Below are positions 12,366 through 24,588 of a stretch of DNA of 44,454 nt, in pieces (within the stretch, counting starts at the first letter, position 1; each line of letters starts with the position of its first letter). The translations under genes and the position numbers were made by a program. The stretch comes from Octopus sinensis (Eukaryota), in NCBI RefSeq assembly GCF_006345805.1, contig NW_021834911.1, forward strand, positions 1 through 44,454, written 5' to 3'. The notes beneath the pieces are model-generated. The model had not been told where the DNA came from and did not search any database. It was given only the letters and a program-made list of their open reading frames with translations.

Positions 12366-12664
12366 AGCATATATATATTAACATGTACATATATATTAAT
12401 ATGTACATGGCTCCGAGGAAGTTCTAGGATGTGCAAGAGCTCAGTTCTGTGTGCTTGCACATCCTATAGCAGAAGCAGCTGTTAGCTAATGAAGCTGATT
12501 ACAGGAATCTTGTCAATTATTAGTGTGTGTATGTGTGTGTGTGGTGTGTGTGTGTGTGTGTGTGTGCGCGTGTGTGTGTGTACAGGACGCAAGGTCTTAC
12601 AGTTATTTAGAGAGAAAACCTTTAAATAAAAATTACGACTGATACAAAAACATGCTTAGTTACA

Positions 12665-12711
<47 letters not shown>

Positions 12712-13707
12712 GGTGGGTATGTGTATTTAGAGCAACATGGATGGGATTAAAATATACGACAGCAGCTTCCATAGACTTTTCTTGATGTATTCATAAATCA
12801 CATGATTACATACAATCCACCATCTTCAGGTAAAACTTTGAACATGTATAAACAGGTGAGGTAATGCCTTGATAATGACGAATCCATCCAACATATTGGA
12901 TAAGATGTATTTTAAACCCCATTTTATTCCTTTTTATACCTATTCCACACCTAGAACCAGCCCTACGGTTTAAATTGGACTTGGTACTTACATATCTACA
13001 GCATCCTACCAACATGTAATACTTACATGGTTGTTTTACCTACATGGTTTTAAACCCAATGTTATTGCATCCAGCAATTTCTGGCGTCCTACGTGTTGAT
13101 GTGCCTTAGTTCTAATGAATCCTATAACTAATATCTCTCTCCCTCCCTCTTCCCCCCTCTCTCGCTCAATCTGTGTGTGTCTGCATATATATAAAATCAA
13201 AATAAGCGACAGGATATCTAGAGGTGATGCAGTACGACCGTTTCAAGCGGCTCCATTTAATTGAACAATGCAATCACTACATCAATTTAAATGCAGAGCT
13301 ATCCTCAGCTGCATAGAATTATTTTAAACAGGCGGACACATTTGTATAATTTTACTTAAGTCCATGCTGTTGTCACTTCAGCTTAGTAACTTCTAAGGAC
13401 TCTTTAGCCACCAATGGAGCCGCAAATACAAAATATAAACTAATCTTAGAGAGCACAGTATTCCTAAAGGTCAGCAAGGGTCTTCCTCGATCACGAGTGG
13501 ACGGCCATCATGTATGCATGTATGTATACATATATGTATGTGTGCCTGTATGTATGTATGTATGTATGTATGTATGTATGTATGTATGTATGTATGTATG
13601 TATGTATGTATGTACGTATGTATGAATGTATGTATGTATGTATGTATGTATGAATGTATGTATGTATATGTATGTATATGCATATAATTAGAGAACTCGG
13701 TAGCTAG

Positions 13708-13756
<49 letters not shown>

Positions 13757-14184
13757 TGCATGTACATGTATGAAGTTGTGAGTGTGTTATTTCTGTTATC
13801 TATGTGCTTCTAGAGTCTTGTTCTCTTGCTTGTTGGTTTTGCAAATCAGGTATAAGCAAAAGCCGTGTGTTATTTTAAGGTGTTAACGGCCATCCTCCCG
13901 ACCTGTTTGAAGTACTATAACTTGTTTCAGGAATGTGGTCATTCGCCGAGTCCACAACGTGCTTTGTAGCTGAGATTCAACTAACGGCTATAAGAATTAA
14001 CAAAACAAACAAACAAGTCATACATAGCAAATTAATATGATAATTAATGCATGTTAAGCTGGATATTATTTGAAATGAATAGCTGTGGCGAGGAATGTAG
14101 AGGGGCATCATCTGCTATTATGAAAAACTTACAACAGCTTTGAAGTGTGTTATATTATAGGTCTACCTACGTGTGTGTATGTAT

Positions 14185-14288
14185 ATGCGTATATACATAT
14201 ATACATACGTACATACATACATACATACATACATACATACATACATACACACATACATACATACATACATACATACATACATACATAC

Positions 14289-14321
<33 letters not shown>

Positions 14322-14450
14322 TACATACATACATACATACATACACACATACATACATACATACATACATACATACATACATACATACATACATACATAC
14401 ATACATACATACATACATACATACATACATACATACATACATACATAACA
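14185..14450. repeat. (CATA)n microsatellite
   Basis: Direct reading. Confidence 0.95.
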
Positions 14451-14452
14451 TA

Positions 14453-14820
14453 CAAATCTGGGCACCAAAACCTTAATCCGTTAATAGTTAATTAACGAAG
14501 TTAACATTCTCGTTAGCGATTTAACTTTTAAGTTAACTTTGGAAATCATTATCGAACTAATTAAGTCAACTTGAGTTAACTTCCGTTAACTTCAATTCAA
14601 TTGAAGTTAACGAACTTTATAGTTTTGGCACATTTTAATGTGCTTTTAGGTGGTTTTAGAGCAAAAACTTTCTTTTTTCTGTACTAAAAATTAACGTTAT
14701 CGGTTTATTGATAACTTCTGTTACATTTTGAAAGACTAAACTGATTCACGGTTATCAAATTTAACTTTTTGCTTAACGGATTAACGGTTAACTTTGTTAA
14801 CTTTTCGATTGACGGTTTGC
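14453..14820. mobile_element. Non-autonomous DNA transposon with GTTAAC-rich subterminal repeats
   Basis: At least seven GTTAAC motifs and inverted subterminal TTAATCCGTTAA / TTAACGGATTAA. A perfect 14-bp inverted pair lies at 14584-14612. Confidence 0.55.
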
Positions 14821-14974
14821 ATACATACACACACACGTGTGTGTCTCCGCATGTGCGTAGTAAATTGTGACACAGACGATGACGATGGAACATACGGGAA
14901 AAAAACAAAAAGAACATAGGCACGTTTACCTTTTATCAGTAATCGACCAATTATATATATACGATAATAATATA

Positions 14975-15035
<61 letters not shown>

Positions 15036-15039
<4 letters not shown>

Positions 15040-15790
15040 AAAAAAAAGACGAAGACGAGTGTGTAAACAACAACAGATGTATTAATTTAACTCTTGGGAA
15101 GTGAGAAAGTCTTTAATGTTTCGAGCCTACGCTCTTTCACAGAAGAGAACACAGAAAGAAACAGGGAGAGAAAATAAAGAATGTCTAGTGGCTAGCGATC
15201 TATCATGGCGAATGCCGGACAGGAGAGCTAGGAAGAAGGAGAGATAATAAAGTAGTGGTGATCCCAAAACGAAGGTGCCGCGTGCGTTTGTATAAGGGAG
15301 CATGTATCTGCGTGTGGAAGAGGGCTGGTGACCTTGACGTGTGCGTGTGGGTATATTTAGGTGTGTGGATGTGGGGCTGTGAAGTGGTTAATGCTAGTGT
15401 GTGCGTGGTGGTGTGATGTAATGTGATGTGATGTGGTGTTGTGTGGTATTTTGGTGTATGGTGTAGTGGTATGATGGTGTTGGGATGTGGGGGAGGCGAG
15501 AGTGGGGAAAGCAAGAGCGGTGTGTGGGTTAGGCTGAGGGTGGGGGTAGAGGTGGGGTATGTGGGTAGGCTGAGGGTGGGATAGAGGTAGGGTTTGTAGG
15601 AGTGGGTGTAAGGGATGGGATGGGAGTGGGATAGGATGGATAGGGAAGGTGGGGTTGGATTGTGTGGGGTGGGGTTACGAGGGAGGGTGACGATGAAGGA
15701 GAGGGGGGAAGGGAGAAGATGGGTAGCAGTGAAGAGAAGAGAAAAGGAGAGTAGGAGTGATGAGAAGTAGGAGTCGGAGCAAGAGAATAC
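15036..15790 (-). mobile_element. Penelope-like element 3' end anchored on (TA)n, with a G-rich plus strand
   Basis: Abuts (TA)n at 15035. Carries a hammerhead-like motif at 15110-15146 preceded by a pyrimidine tract, the same layout as the 21.4 kb element. Confidence 0.55.
15110..15146 (-). ncRNA. Degenerate minimal type I hammerhead ribozyme
   Basis: UCUU-CUGUGAAA-GAGC(GUAG)GCUC-GAAAC-A-UUA/AAGA. Stems I and II and GAAAC are present, but the core deviates from CUGANGA and stem III is broken. Confidence 0.45.
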
Positions 15791-16057
15791 TAAATTATAT
15801 CGACTTCAGAATGGAGAAGTTTCGATAGAATCTACAAAAATACTTTAATATAAGCGAAACAACTGCAAGAATATTAAAAAAAAGGGGAAGAAATAAAATT
15901 CAAAACCAGTGCAATTCCTTGACCTTCAATAACTTTAAAGCACACATCATACACAAATAGTAACATTGTGGAAACAATGGAAAAAACTTTAATACTTTGA
16001 ATAGAAGATAAACTCCAACAGTACGACAGTACCAATACAGACATACACACACACACA

Positions 16058-16105
<48 letters not shown>

Positions 16106-16124
16106 TATCTGCATTTATTATTTA

Positions 16125-16474
16125 CAACGCAGGGTCATAGTGCTAGTGCATGCATATACAGCAGCGTGCGCGCGCACATTCAACGAGTACTGTCCAAATC
16201 TCCAACCAATCACATACAGCTAGCTGGCATTCAATTGGCGTATTAAGTTTCAGGCATTTTGATTGGGTTTTGGATAGAAAATTCACAAAAAAGTCACTTC
16301 TATAGATTTTTAATGGCTTTGCGGGGTGACTGGGGAAATGTAAAGATGTGCACGACCACCCTTGGACGGTTTTGAATGACCATAGAAAGTGCGAGCCCTC
16401 TAACTGAAAAATTGTGGATTTGTATAAAGGACACACACACAGACAGACATTTTGCCGTTTATATATAGAGAGAT
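16125..16474 (+). mobile_element. Helentron/HINE-like non-autonomous element
   Basis: GGGTCATAGTGCTAGT near the 5' end (its reverse complement resembles the ACTAGCAGTATCGCCC start at 25346). The 3' end is CAGACAGACA...TTTATATATAGAGAGAT. Confidence 0.55.
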
Positions 16475-16724
16475 TATTATCCGTATTATTATCTGCATTT
16501 CAACAAATTTTGAGGGAGAAAAAAGAATATGTGTTGTGTGTGCATGTATATATTTGTGTGTGTCTGTAAGTATATGTACGTGCATGTTTATATGCAAGGC
16601 GTTTTGGTTAAATTTGTCGAATTTTATGTCCCCTTTTTTCAGGAACAACTTGATCTATTGATAAACAGTCAACGGCTTTGGATTAATGGAAAAAATTGAC
16701 CTGTATTATGATGATTCACACAGG

Positions 16725-17268
16725 TATCAAAATGCCAAAATTCAGCCCCACATCTTTAAACAGGGCCTTAGGTTCAATTCAAACGGCTATGCGAAGCTGC
16801 TGAAGACTGTGGTCAAACCTTGGCTGGAGAGGATTGCTGCTAGAAGGCCATATGTGTGGCAGCAGAATTCGGCTCCTTGCCATAACCCTGAAAAGAGTCA
16901 GAAGTAGTTGTCGGAGAATTTCCGCGACTTCATCAGCATCGATTCCTAGTATCCTACTTCTCCCGATTGTTATCCTATCGGATACTGTGGGTGAGTTGCA
17001 GTTGGGGCGTCTACAACACCAACACTGAGCTGTTGATCAAGATAAAAAAAAGTGTTCGAAGATTTTCCCAAGGACACAGTGAGGAATGCATGCGCCAAGG
17101 TTATGAAGCCGTCCTTAGGCCGTGGTGAAAGCTGAGGGCAGTTATTTTCTCTCAGCCATAATCTAGTTGTAATCTTTTAAATTTTAAGATACTCTTATTT
17201 TTGGGTGGGATATTGTCCTTTCTTCTCCTTTTATGCAGACTATCAAATTTAGGCCGAAAAACCCTGTA
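16725..17268 (+). pseudogene. Tc1/mariner (maT/DD37D-like) transposase 3' fragment with right TIR
   Basis: PHIFKQGLRFNSNGYAKLLKTVVKPWLERIAARRPYVWQQNSAPCH followed by a disrupted SPDC motif. The element ends ...AAACCCTG plus TA. Confidence 0.85.
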
Positions 17269-17334
17269 TGTGTGTGTGCGCGCGCGCATGTGCGCGCGTT
17301 GCGTGTGTGTGTGTTCACATACTTTCATGCATAA

Positions 17335-17380
<46 letters not shown>

Positions 17381-17385
<5 letters not shown>

Positions 17386-17806
17386 TTATTTGAGGGAATA
17401 AAATCCAAACTTACAAGGAAAAAGAATTCAATTTAGAAATACTAAATCAAATCCACACAATATAATATATATAAAATATTAGAAAAAAGCCACCTTTTAT
17501 CAATTCAAAATGAATAATTAAATTACACCATCTAGAAAATTACATATAATAGAAAAGTTAAAATTAAAAAAATAAAAATAACAATTAAAAAGTAAAGATT
17601 AAGTAAATTACAAGAATAATGCAATGTATATAATATACCTATTATATACATTACATTATTCTTGTAATTTACTTAATCTTTACTTTTAATTGTTATTTAA
17701 ATTTTTTAATTTTAACTTTTCTATTATATGTAATTTTCTAGATGGTGTAATTTAATTATTCATTTTGAATTGATAAAAGGTGTTTTTTTAAAAAATATTT
17801 TATATA
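17381..17806 (-). mobile_element. (TA)n-embedded fold-back element 3
   Basis: Arms 17468-17635 and 17640-17806 around a 4-nt loop, with several substitutions and indels. The unique end 17394-17423 matches the reverse complement of 33322-33350. Confidence 0.8.
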
Positions 17807-17833
17807 ATATATATATATATTATATATATATAT

Positions 17834-17835
<2 letters not shown>

Positions 17836-17882
<47 letters not shown>

Positions 17883-17902
17883 GATAATAGATAGATATAG
17901 AT

Positions 17903-17971
<69 letters not shown>

Positions 17972-17990
17972 AAGATAGATAGATAGAGAC
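17836..17990. repeat. (GATA)n microsatellite
   Basis: Direct reading. Confidence 0.95.
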
Positions 17991-18239
17991 ATACATACAT
18001 ATATACATGCATACGCACACCCGTATATGTAAAGACAGAGAACGAAGGAGAGAGAGAGAGAGATGGAACAGTGAGAGGAGGAGAGAGTGTGTAAGTCATC
18101 AACAATCTATATTTCTACACCAACATCAACTTAATGGGCCTCTCATCACTGATCCGTTAAGATTATGGTTTGCTGATCAGATCGGAAGTTATCTTCCGTA
18201 GTCGCCGGAAAAAAAACCCCTAATGCAATATATTATAGC

Positions 18240-18460
18240 TATTTCTTTACTACCCACAAGGGGCTAAACACAGAGGGGACAGACAAACGGATTAAGTCGA
18301 TTACATCGACCCCAGTGCATAACTGGTACTTTATTTATCGACCACAAAAGGATGAAAGGCAAAGTCTACCTCAGCATAATTTGAACTCAGAACGTAACGG
18401 CAGTCGAAATACGGCGACGTATTTCGCCCGACGTGCTAACGTTTCTGCCGGCTCGCCGCC
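18240..18460 (-). mobile_element. SINE family A with 17-bp TSD
   Basis: Reverse complement of family A. TSD ATGCAATATATTATAGC at 18223-18239 and 18469-18485. Confidence 0.9.
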
Positions 18461-19004
18461 TATAATATATGCAATATATTATAGCAATTGAGTAATATAT
18501 TTTTTTCTTACTGCAAAATTATTAATTATGTTCCTCCTAGGAAAATGTTCCTACTAATACTAACGGATCAAGCAAACACGCAGAAACTCGCCTTGTAGTG
18601 TTATAATTAAAGAAGTTGAGTATAGCACAGTTTTTTTCATTTTTTTCCTGATTAGAATTGAAGAAGGCGAGCGAAAACTGCTAGACCAATGAGATTTGTA
18701 TCATCAAAGTTATTATTTTATGAGAATATCTGAAAAAAAAAAAACGGCATAAACAGGGAAAGGATTCCAGAGGGATTCTGGAATTCCAAGTGTTATGAGG
18801 TGGAAAGACTAGGGAATTGATTAAAGCTGAAACTGAGTGGTTGGACATTACAAGGATGACGAGAAAAGGAGAGACGAGTGGGTCAGGAATGCATGAGTGA
18901 AAATGTCATGACGCCAGTCACCTCTGAGGAACAGAGACCGTTATAAAGGCGGTAGAAAAGTAGAGACACTGGAAACTGACTTTATACCAATCAGTCGAGG
19001 TTTC

Positions 19005-19095
19005 TTTTCTAAAGCGGTGGCCTAAATAACAAAACAAGTGCTTGCTTTCGTTACTCTGCATTGCGGGTACAATCCCCACCTCCTGAAGTAGAAGG
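19005..19095 (+). repeat. Diverged repeat segment shared with 20928-21020
   Basis: CTAAAGC(G/A)GTGGCCTAAATAACAAAACAA(G/A)TGCTTGCTTTCGTTA occurs in both places. Confidence 0.7.
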
Positions 19096-19192
19096 TGTCG
19101 TTAGAATATGTAACAGTCATGTATCGCTCCTGCCACTACAAATTAGTAGTCCCATGCCAAAGTGATACATCATTATTATTGTATTAAGATAA

Positions 19193-19400
19193 GGCGACGA
19201 GCTGGTAGAATCGTTAGCACGTCGGGCAAAATGTTTAGTAGCAATCCGTCCGTCCTTACGTTCTGAGTTCAAATTCCGCTGAGGTCGACTTCGCCTTTCA
19301 TCCCTTCGGCGTCCATAAAGTAAGTACCAGGTGAGTACGGGGTCGATGTAATCGACTTAAGTCGTACCCCGAAATTGCTGGCCTTGTGCCAAAAATTGAA
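19193..19400 (+). mobile_element. SINE family A, alternative-tail subfamily
   Basis: Same head and body, with tail CCCCGAAATTGCTGGCCTTGTGCCAAAAATTGAA. The flanks ATTATTATT(G/A)TATTAA(G/A)AT look like a decayed TSD. Confidence 0.85.
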
Positions 19401-19608
19401 ATTATTATTATATTAAAATGATGTACACAAATTCTTTCTTTGCTTCAATAAAGATATATTAGACTACTCGCTTTCAACATAAATTTATATTTAGTATATG
19501 TATGTTTAAACACGACATAAACGATACATACTGAGTGCGTGTAAATGTGTAATAAGCATGTATATATATATATATAATATATATATATATATTTATATAT
19601 AATATATC

Positions 19609-19641
<33 letters not shown>

Positions 19642-19721
19642 ATGCATGTATGTATATGTATACACACACGCATAAATACAGATACATACATGCATACACA
19701 CACATATACATACTCACATAT

Positions 19722-20027
19722 ATTGTTTGTTCCTTCTCGAGCCACGTCTGGCTCATAAGGGCCGGTTTCCCGGTTTCCTTGGCGTGTAGGTTCCCTACAT
19801 GGACGGGACGCCGGTCCGTCGCAGGTGAGCTGCAAGATGCAGGAGGAAAGAGTGAGAGAAAGTTGTGGCGATAAGAATCAGCAGAAGTTCGCCATTACCT
19901 TCTGCCGGGGCCTCGTGGAGCTTAGGTGTTTCGCTCCTAAACACACACATCGCCGGGTCTGAGATTCGAACCCGTGATCACTCGACCGCGAGTCCGCTGC
20001 TGTAACCACTAGGTCATGTGCCTCCAC
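19722..20027 (-). mobile_element. tRNA-derived SINE with Meta/V-domain-like core, 10-bp TSD
   Basis: Minus-strand head GTGGAGGCACATGACCTAGTGGTTA...GGGTTCGAATC and core CCTGCGACGGACCGGCGTCCCGTCCA...GAAACCGGG. TSD ACTCACATAT at 19712-19721 and 20028-20037. The Meta/V assignment is from memory. Confidence 0.8.
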
Positions 20028-20216
20028 ACTCACATATGTATACATACACACAATACAAACCCGCACACACACACACACACAGAGTCAGTTTGACAACACT
20101 ACCACCGACACATATACAGAAATAAATGGATAAATAAAACCTGGTTAATGCAGTACCGCCCCAAGAACACAATTAAACTTGTCACATTAAATATATGCAG
20201 TATAATAATAATAATG

Positions 20217-20249
<33 letters not shown>

Positions 20250-21339
20250 TAATAATAATAATAATAATAGCAACAATGGCAACGACAATAATAGGAACAA
20301 TAATAACAACAACAACAAAGCAATAACAACGGCAGCAACATGAAGAACAGTCACAAAAAGCAAAACTAAACCGGTCGAGCTTGTTTCATGCTGCAAGCCT
20401 ATTGGTAGAGAACCATTTGAATTGCAGTGTTCTAGTTGTACAACTTGCTTGTTTCTTTTGTGCACCAAGTCGCTTCTTTTGTAATAGCTACCCCGGTTCT
20501 TTGTTACTATTAGAGTCGGTTGATAACGATGATTACTATAAGCAGTGGTGATTGTAGTAGTAAGAATAACAACAGCAAAAATACCAACATTTTATTTGCA
20601 ACACGGTCGACAGATGTCACTAAGAGTTACTAAAGGTGTGTGCGGTTTTACATTGAATAAGAGAATAGAAAAAGAAAAGAATGAAAGCGAAAGTATACAC
20701 CGTGATAAATGTTCACAAGGGAGAGAATTCCACTTGGTGAGTAGGGTCAACCAAGGGACACCTCATATTCTGGATTACTCTGTCTACCAAAGATTAGTTC
20801 CCTTTCCAAGCTATCATTCTTCAGCCTATATACACAGTTATGTAGGCTCGTTCACTTGGGCCATGATTGCTACTCTCATATTTCGACAAATTTACTGATG
20901 GAAAATATTTCCTTCTCGACTCTCACTCTTCTAAAGCAGTGGCCTAAATAACAAAACAAATGCTTGCTTTCGTTATCCTACATTCCGTGTACAAACCCCA
21001 TCTCCTGATCGGTGAAGTAGGAGGTTCACCTATTGATCAGGTCAACTTTGTCCGCATTTTCTAAAGCAGCCACCGATATCTTTAGAAATGACATACTCTA
21101 GCTCTTACTTTCCACTCTCTCACAATCAGCCGCTCTCATGTCAAAACGTTACACCCCGATCTCTGAAAAGACGAAAGTTCGTTGACATACACTGGCCTCA
21201 TAAATATCACCTCCTCAGAGTACAATAAATATTTTTTGATAGAAGCTGTAGAAGATCATCCGTAGGATTTGCTTGAATATAGCTTATCAAATTGTAACTA
21301 CTGAATAGCAACATATAAAATATATATTAAATAAAATGA

Positions 21340-21560
21340 AGCAACAAAGCCAAAGCTGTGTGGAATTTATAGGACATATATAAAGAGAAAGGTAGTCTTA
21401 CAGCTGTTTCTGGGATATTAGGGATATCCCTTCATCAGAGACGATATGAGAGAGTTAACTAGAGGGAAATACTAGAGTTCAGTATAAGGAGTTATTTTGG
21501 AAAAGGATGGATATAGGAAGAATAAAGGGAAATAAGAGGATAAAAATAAAAATAAGAATA
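21340..21560 (-). mobile_element. Penelope-like pseudo-LTR fragment carrying a hammerhead (boundaries approximate)
   Basis: Pyrimidine tract, then hammerhead, then AGACTACCTTTCTC; parallel to the 15.1 kb element. Confidence 0.5.
21395..21442 (-). ncRNA. Minimal type I hammerhead ribozyme
   Basis: GUCU-CUGAUGA-A-GGGAUAU(CCCUA)AUAUCCC-A-GAAAC-AGCU-GUA/AGAC. All core nucleotides are present, with a 4-bp stem I, a 7-bp stem II and a palindromic stem III ACAGCUGU. Confidence 0.85.
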
Positions 21561-22281
21561 TATGTAGGATGTTATAGTTGCAGTTTCATTAACCAAGGAA
21601 AGTGCTGTGTAGAATGGGTGGAAATGCTTCTTGTAAATTATAAAAGAGAAAGTTTTGATACTCGGCACAAAATAGCGAGAACAGGTATTTTGACAGAGTA
21701 TCTTGAGAGTGATGCATAACAGACAAGGGAACTAACTGCAGTTATTTGATGCCCATCAACGTTAAGGATGTCCAATAAAAGGACATTCGATGAAAACGCA
21801 GCCCAGAATTCAACTATTAAAGTTTCGGATCGATCAGTGGCTGTTAGTGGTAGGGAAACCGATGTATGAAAGATTATAATTGTCCTATATTGCGCTTACA
21901 CTAGTTTCATCTCAGTGACCAGCTTGAAGCAATAGTCAAATTTCCCTCAAACCACACACTGCTGTTTTAGAAAAAAATACATTGGGTAACTTGGTCTTGA
22001 ATACCTTTGCAGGAATGGTCACAAATAGAACACCTTCGATCATATGTCCGCTTGATCATAACTGACCTGTTGCTAAACAATTGTTGCTACATAGGTTCAA
22101 AATAGCAACAATTGTCTGTTGCTATTTAGAACCTGTTACGTCACTAACGTGTTGCCTTGGGCAACTGTCTTCTACCCATAGCTTCCGGTGGAACAATTTA
22201 TGAATAATAGATTTGAGGAGACGGAAGTTATAAAGACACCCGTTGTAAACATATACATACATACATACATACATACATACA

Positions 22282-22312
<31 letters not shown>

Positions 22313-24588
22313 GTCTGTGTGTGTCTGCAAGTGTGAGCACGCGCGCGCGTGTGTGTGCAGTATAAAATGGGTTTTGTTATCACTGCCATCCTTTGCACAA
22401 ACATTCGTCTTTAAATTTTAAGTTTTTACATATTTTTTATTGTACAAAGTAAACTGATCGTTTTAGTGTAGGAATTACAGTGCTGCATTCTTCCTCCAAT
22501 TTGTATGACTATGTATGTATGTATGTATGTATGTATGTATGGATGGATGGATGGATGGATGGATGGATGGATGGATGGATGGATTGATGCATGGATGCAT
22601 GCATGCACGTATGTATGTAAGTATGCATGCATGTTCGGCGAGAGTTATAAGCACTAGCTCTACCATCGAACTAAAACTCCAGGTGTGTGTTTTTTTGTTC
22701 TGTTTGAGTTACACTGAAAAACCCTTGTCGCTGTGACCATTTTGCCATTTTAGATTAAGTGAATCCGTCATTGACTCGTTGGAAACCTCTAACCAACGAT
22801 ACTGCGGTTCACAAAAACGCGATATAAACAATTTACGCAATAATTAGAAAATAAATAAAGCAATTAATCACTTAGTCTAACTCCTTTGCCCCATTATTTC
22901 CATTAATCCATCACTTTTATTGCACGACTTACTCTATACACAGACATTACTGTTAGTCACAGGGAAATATCACAAAAGTAACGGAAGCCATGCTAAGTGA
23001 ATAACTGTAAAGGCTATTCACGTAAAGACACAAAATAAATTGTAAAACACGTATCGCCCCGGTGAAATTATAAATTGAGGATTTCATAAACAGCGTCAGC
23101 ATCTTACATTGAAAATGAGTGAGAAGGTAAACCACTCACTGCTTATCACTTCACCGATGCCGGTTCAAGTCTCGTTAGGATCAATTTATTTTTTCTTTAG
23201 CTTCAAGGGTTGTGGATGGACAGAATCGTGAGAATGTTGATGAAAATGCATTTGCAGTTTTGCGATATTTGTTTCGATACTATGTTCAGAGGTCAAACCC
23301 CTACGTGGTCAATTTTGGTTTTCCTCCTAAAGTACCAATAACATACTGAGGTCTATCGTATTGAAAATTACTGGCATTGGGCCTTAATAAGAAAGGGTTA
23401 CTTCAAAGACCTAAGTTAGATGGTAGCAATACCTATAGTGGTTGACAAAGTAACAAAACTATTGTAGTAAAAGCTCACAACGTGTAAGTATAAAGAATTT
23501 TTTTTTTAAGTGTATTGAGTTTGTAGACCTTTGTAGGAAAGACATGAATTTGTGTGTTTGGAGAGGTGGGTGAGGAATAGCTTGCCAGTGTCTATATGTG
23601 TCAGTGATTAAAGACAGTATATACATATAAAAGTGTGTGTGTGTATGTGTGTACACATGAATGCACGCGCATGTTTTCTCAAAACCTTGTTTCTCCATTT
23701 CATTAAAAGTTGTCCCGCAAGTCGACCGAGAAGACAAGTTATCGAGCACAGAACGAAATCGAGGCAACATAAAGGCCACGTAGACGACCATAACATTTAA
23801 TAAGATATTTGCGCTGGTATTTTACTTACTGGACTGCCCATAATGCTACTATTTACGCAGTCGATTATACATACAGTGATATTATTCATAGTGTTCTTTT
23901 TTTCTTTTTATAATTTTTGTTTTTGTTCGGAAATAATTTCTCACACTGTCCATTCACCCAATTACACCAACTGTGTTAATACACTCGTGAAATGAATAAA
24001 CTCCATAGTTTCCAGCACATATTCTCTTCCCAGCCGTCTGCACACGTTGTACGCACCCATTGCATAAGATGTAGTAACACCCAATGTTTAGTTAATTTAA
24101 ATTACTAATCAGCTGCCCATTGTTTTGTTTGATAGTTTGCAGTTAGCATTGATCTTTCGTTACCACATTGCGCCAAAAGAAGAAAAAAAAAGTAATGGAG
24201 TGATCACGTGGCCTCCTCTGGCGGACACTGACTATTTTGTGGACTGTAGCTATTTCGCAGTTTTCAGGAACGTGAACAACTCACATTTTCTTTTCTTAAA
24301 ATCTCTACTTATATATACATACACACAAACAAACACGCACTCTATTTTTTCCTCTCCTTTCTTCTCTCTTTCTCTCACCCTTCCTTCTCTCTCCTCATTC
24401 TTTCTCCTTTCTTTCATTTTCTGTCTCACATACACACACGCACAAATGCACACCACACATACACTCATATACACAAACATACACACATACATACACACAC
24501 TCTCTCTGTTTCTCCTTCCCTCCTTTCTCTATAATTTTTCTGTTTTTCCCTCGTTTCCCTCTCTTACTTTCTCACATATACTAAACAG

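Noticed and set aside
15795-15830. Minus-strand GAAAC...CUGAAG hairpin resembling a permuted hammerhead
   Set aside because: The core reads CUGAAGU, and no NUH or stem III follows GAAAC.
20780-20830. Minus-strand CUGAAGA...GAAAG
   Set aside because: Stem II is only wobble pairs and stem I does not form.
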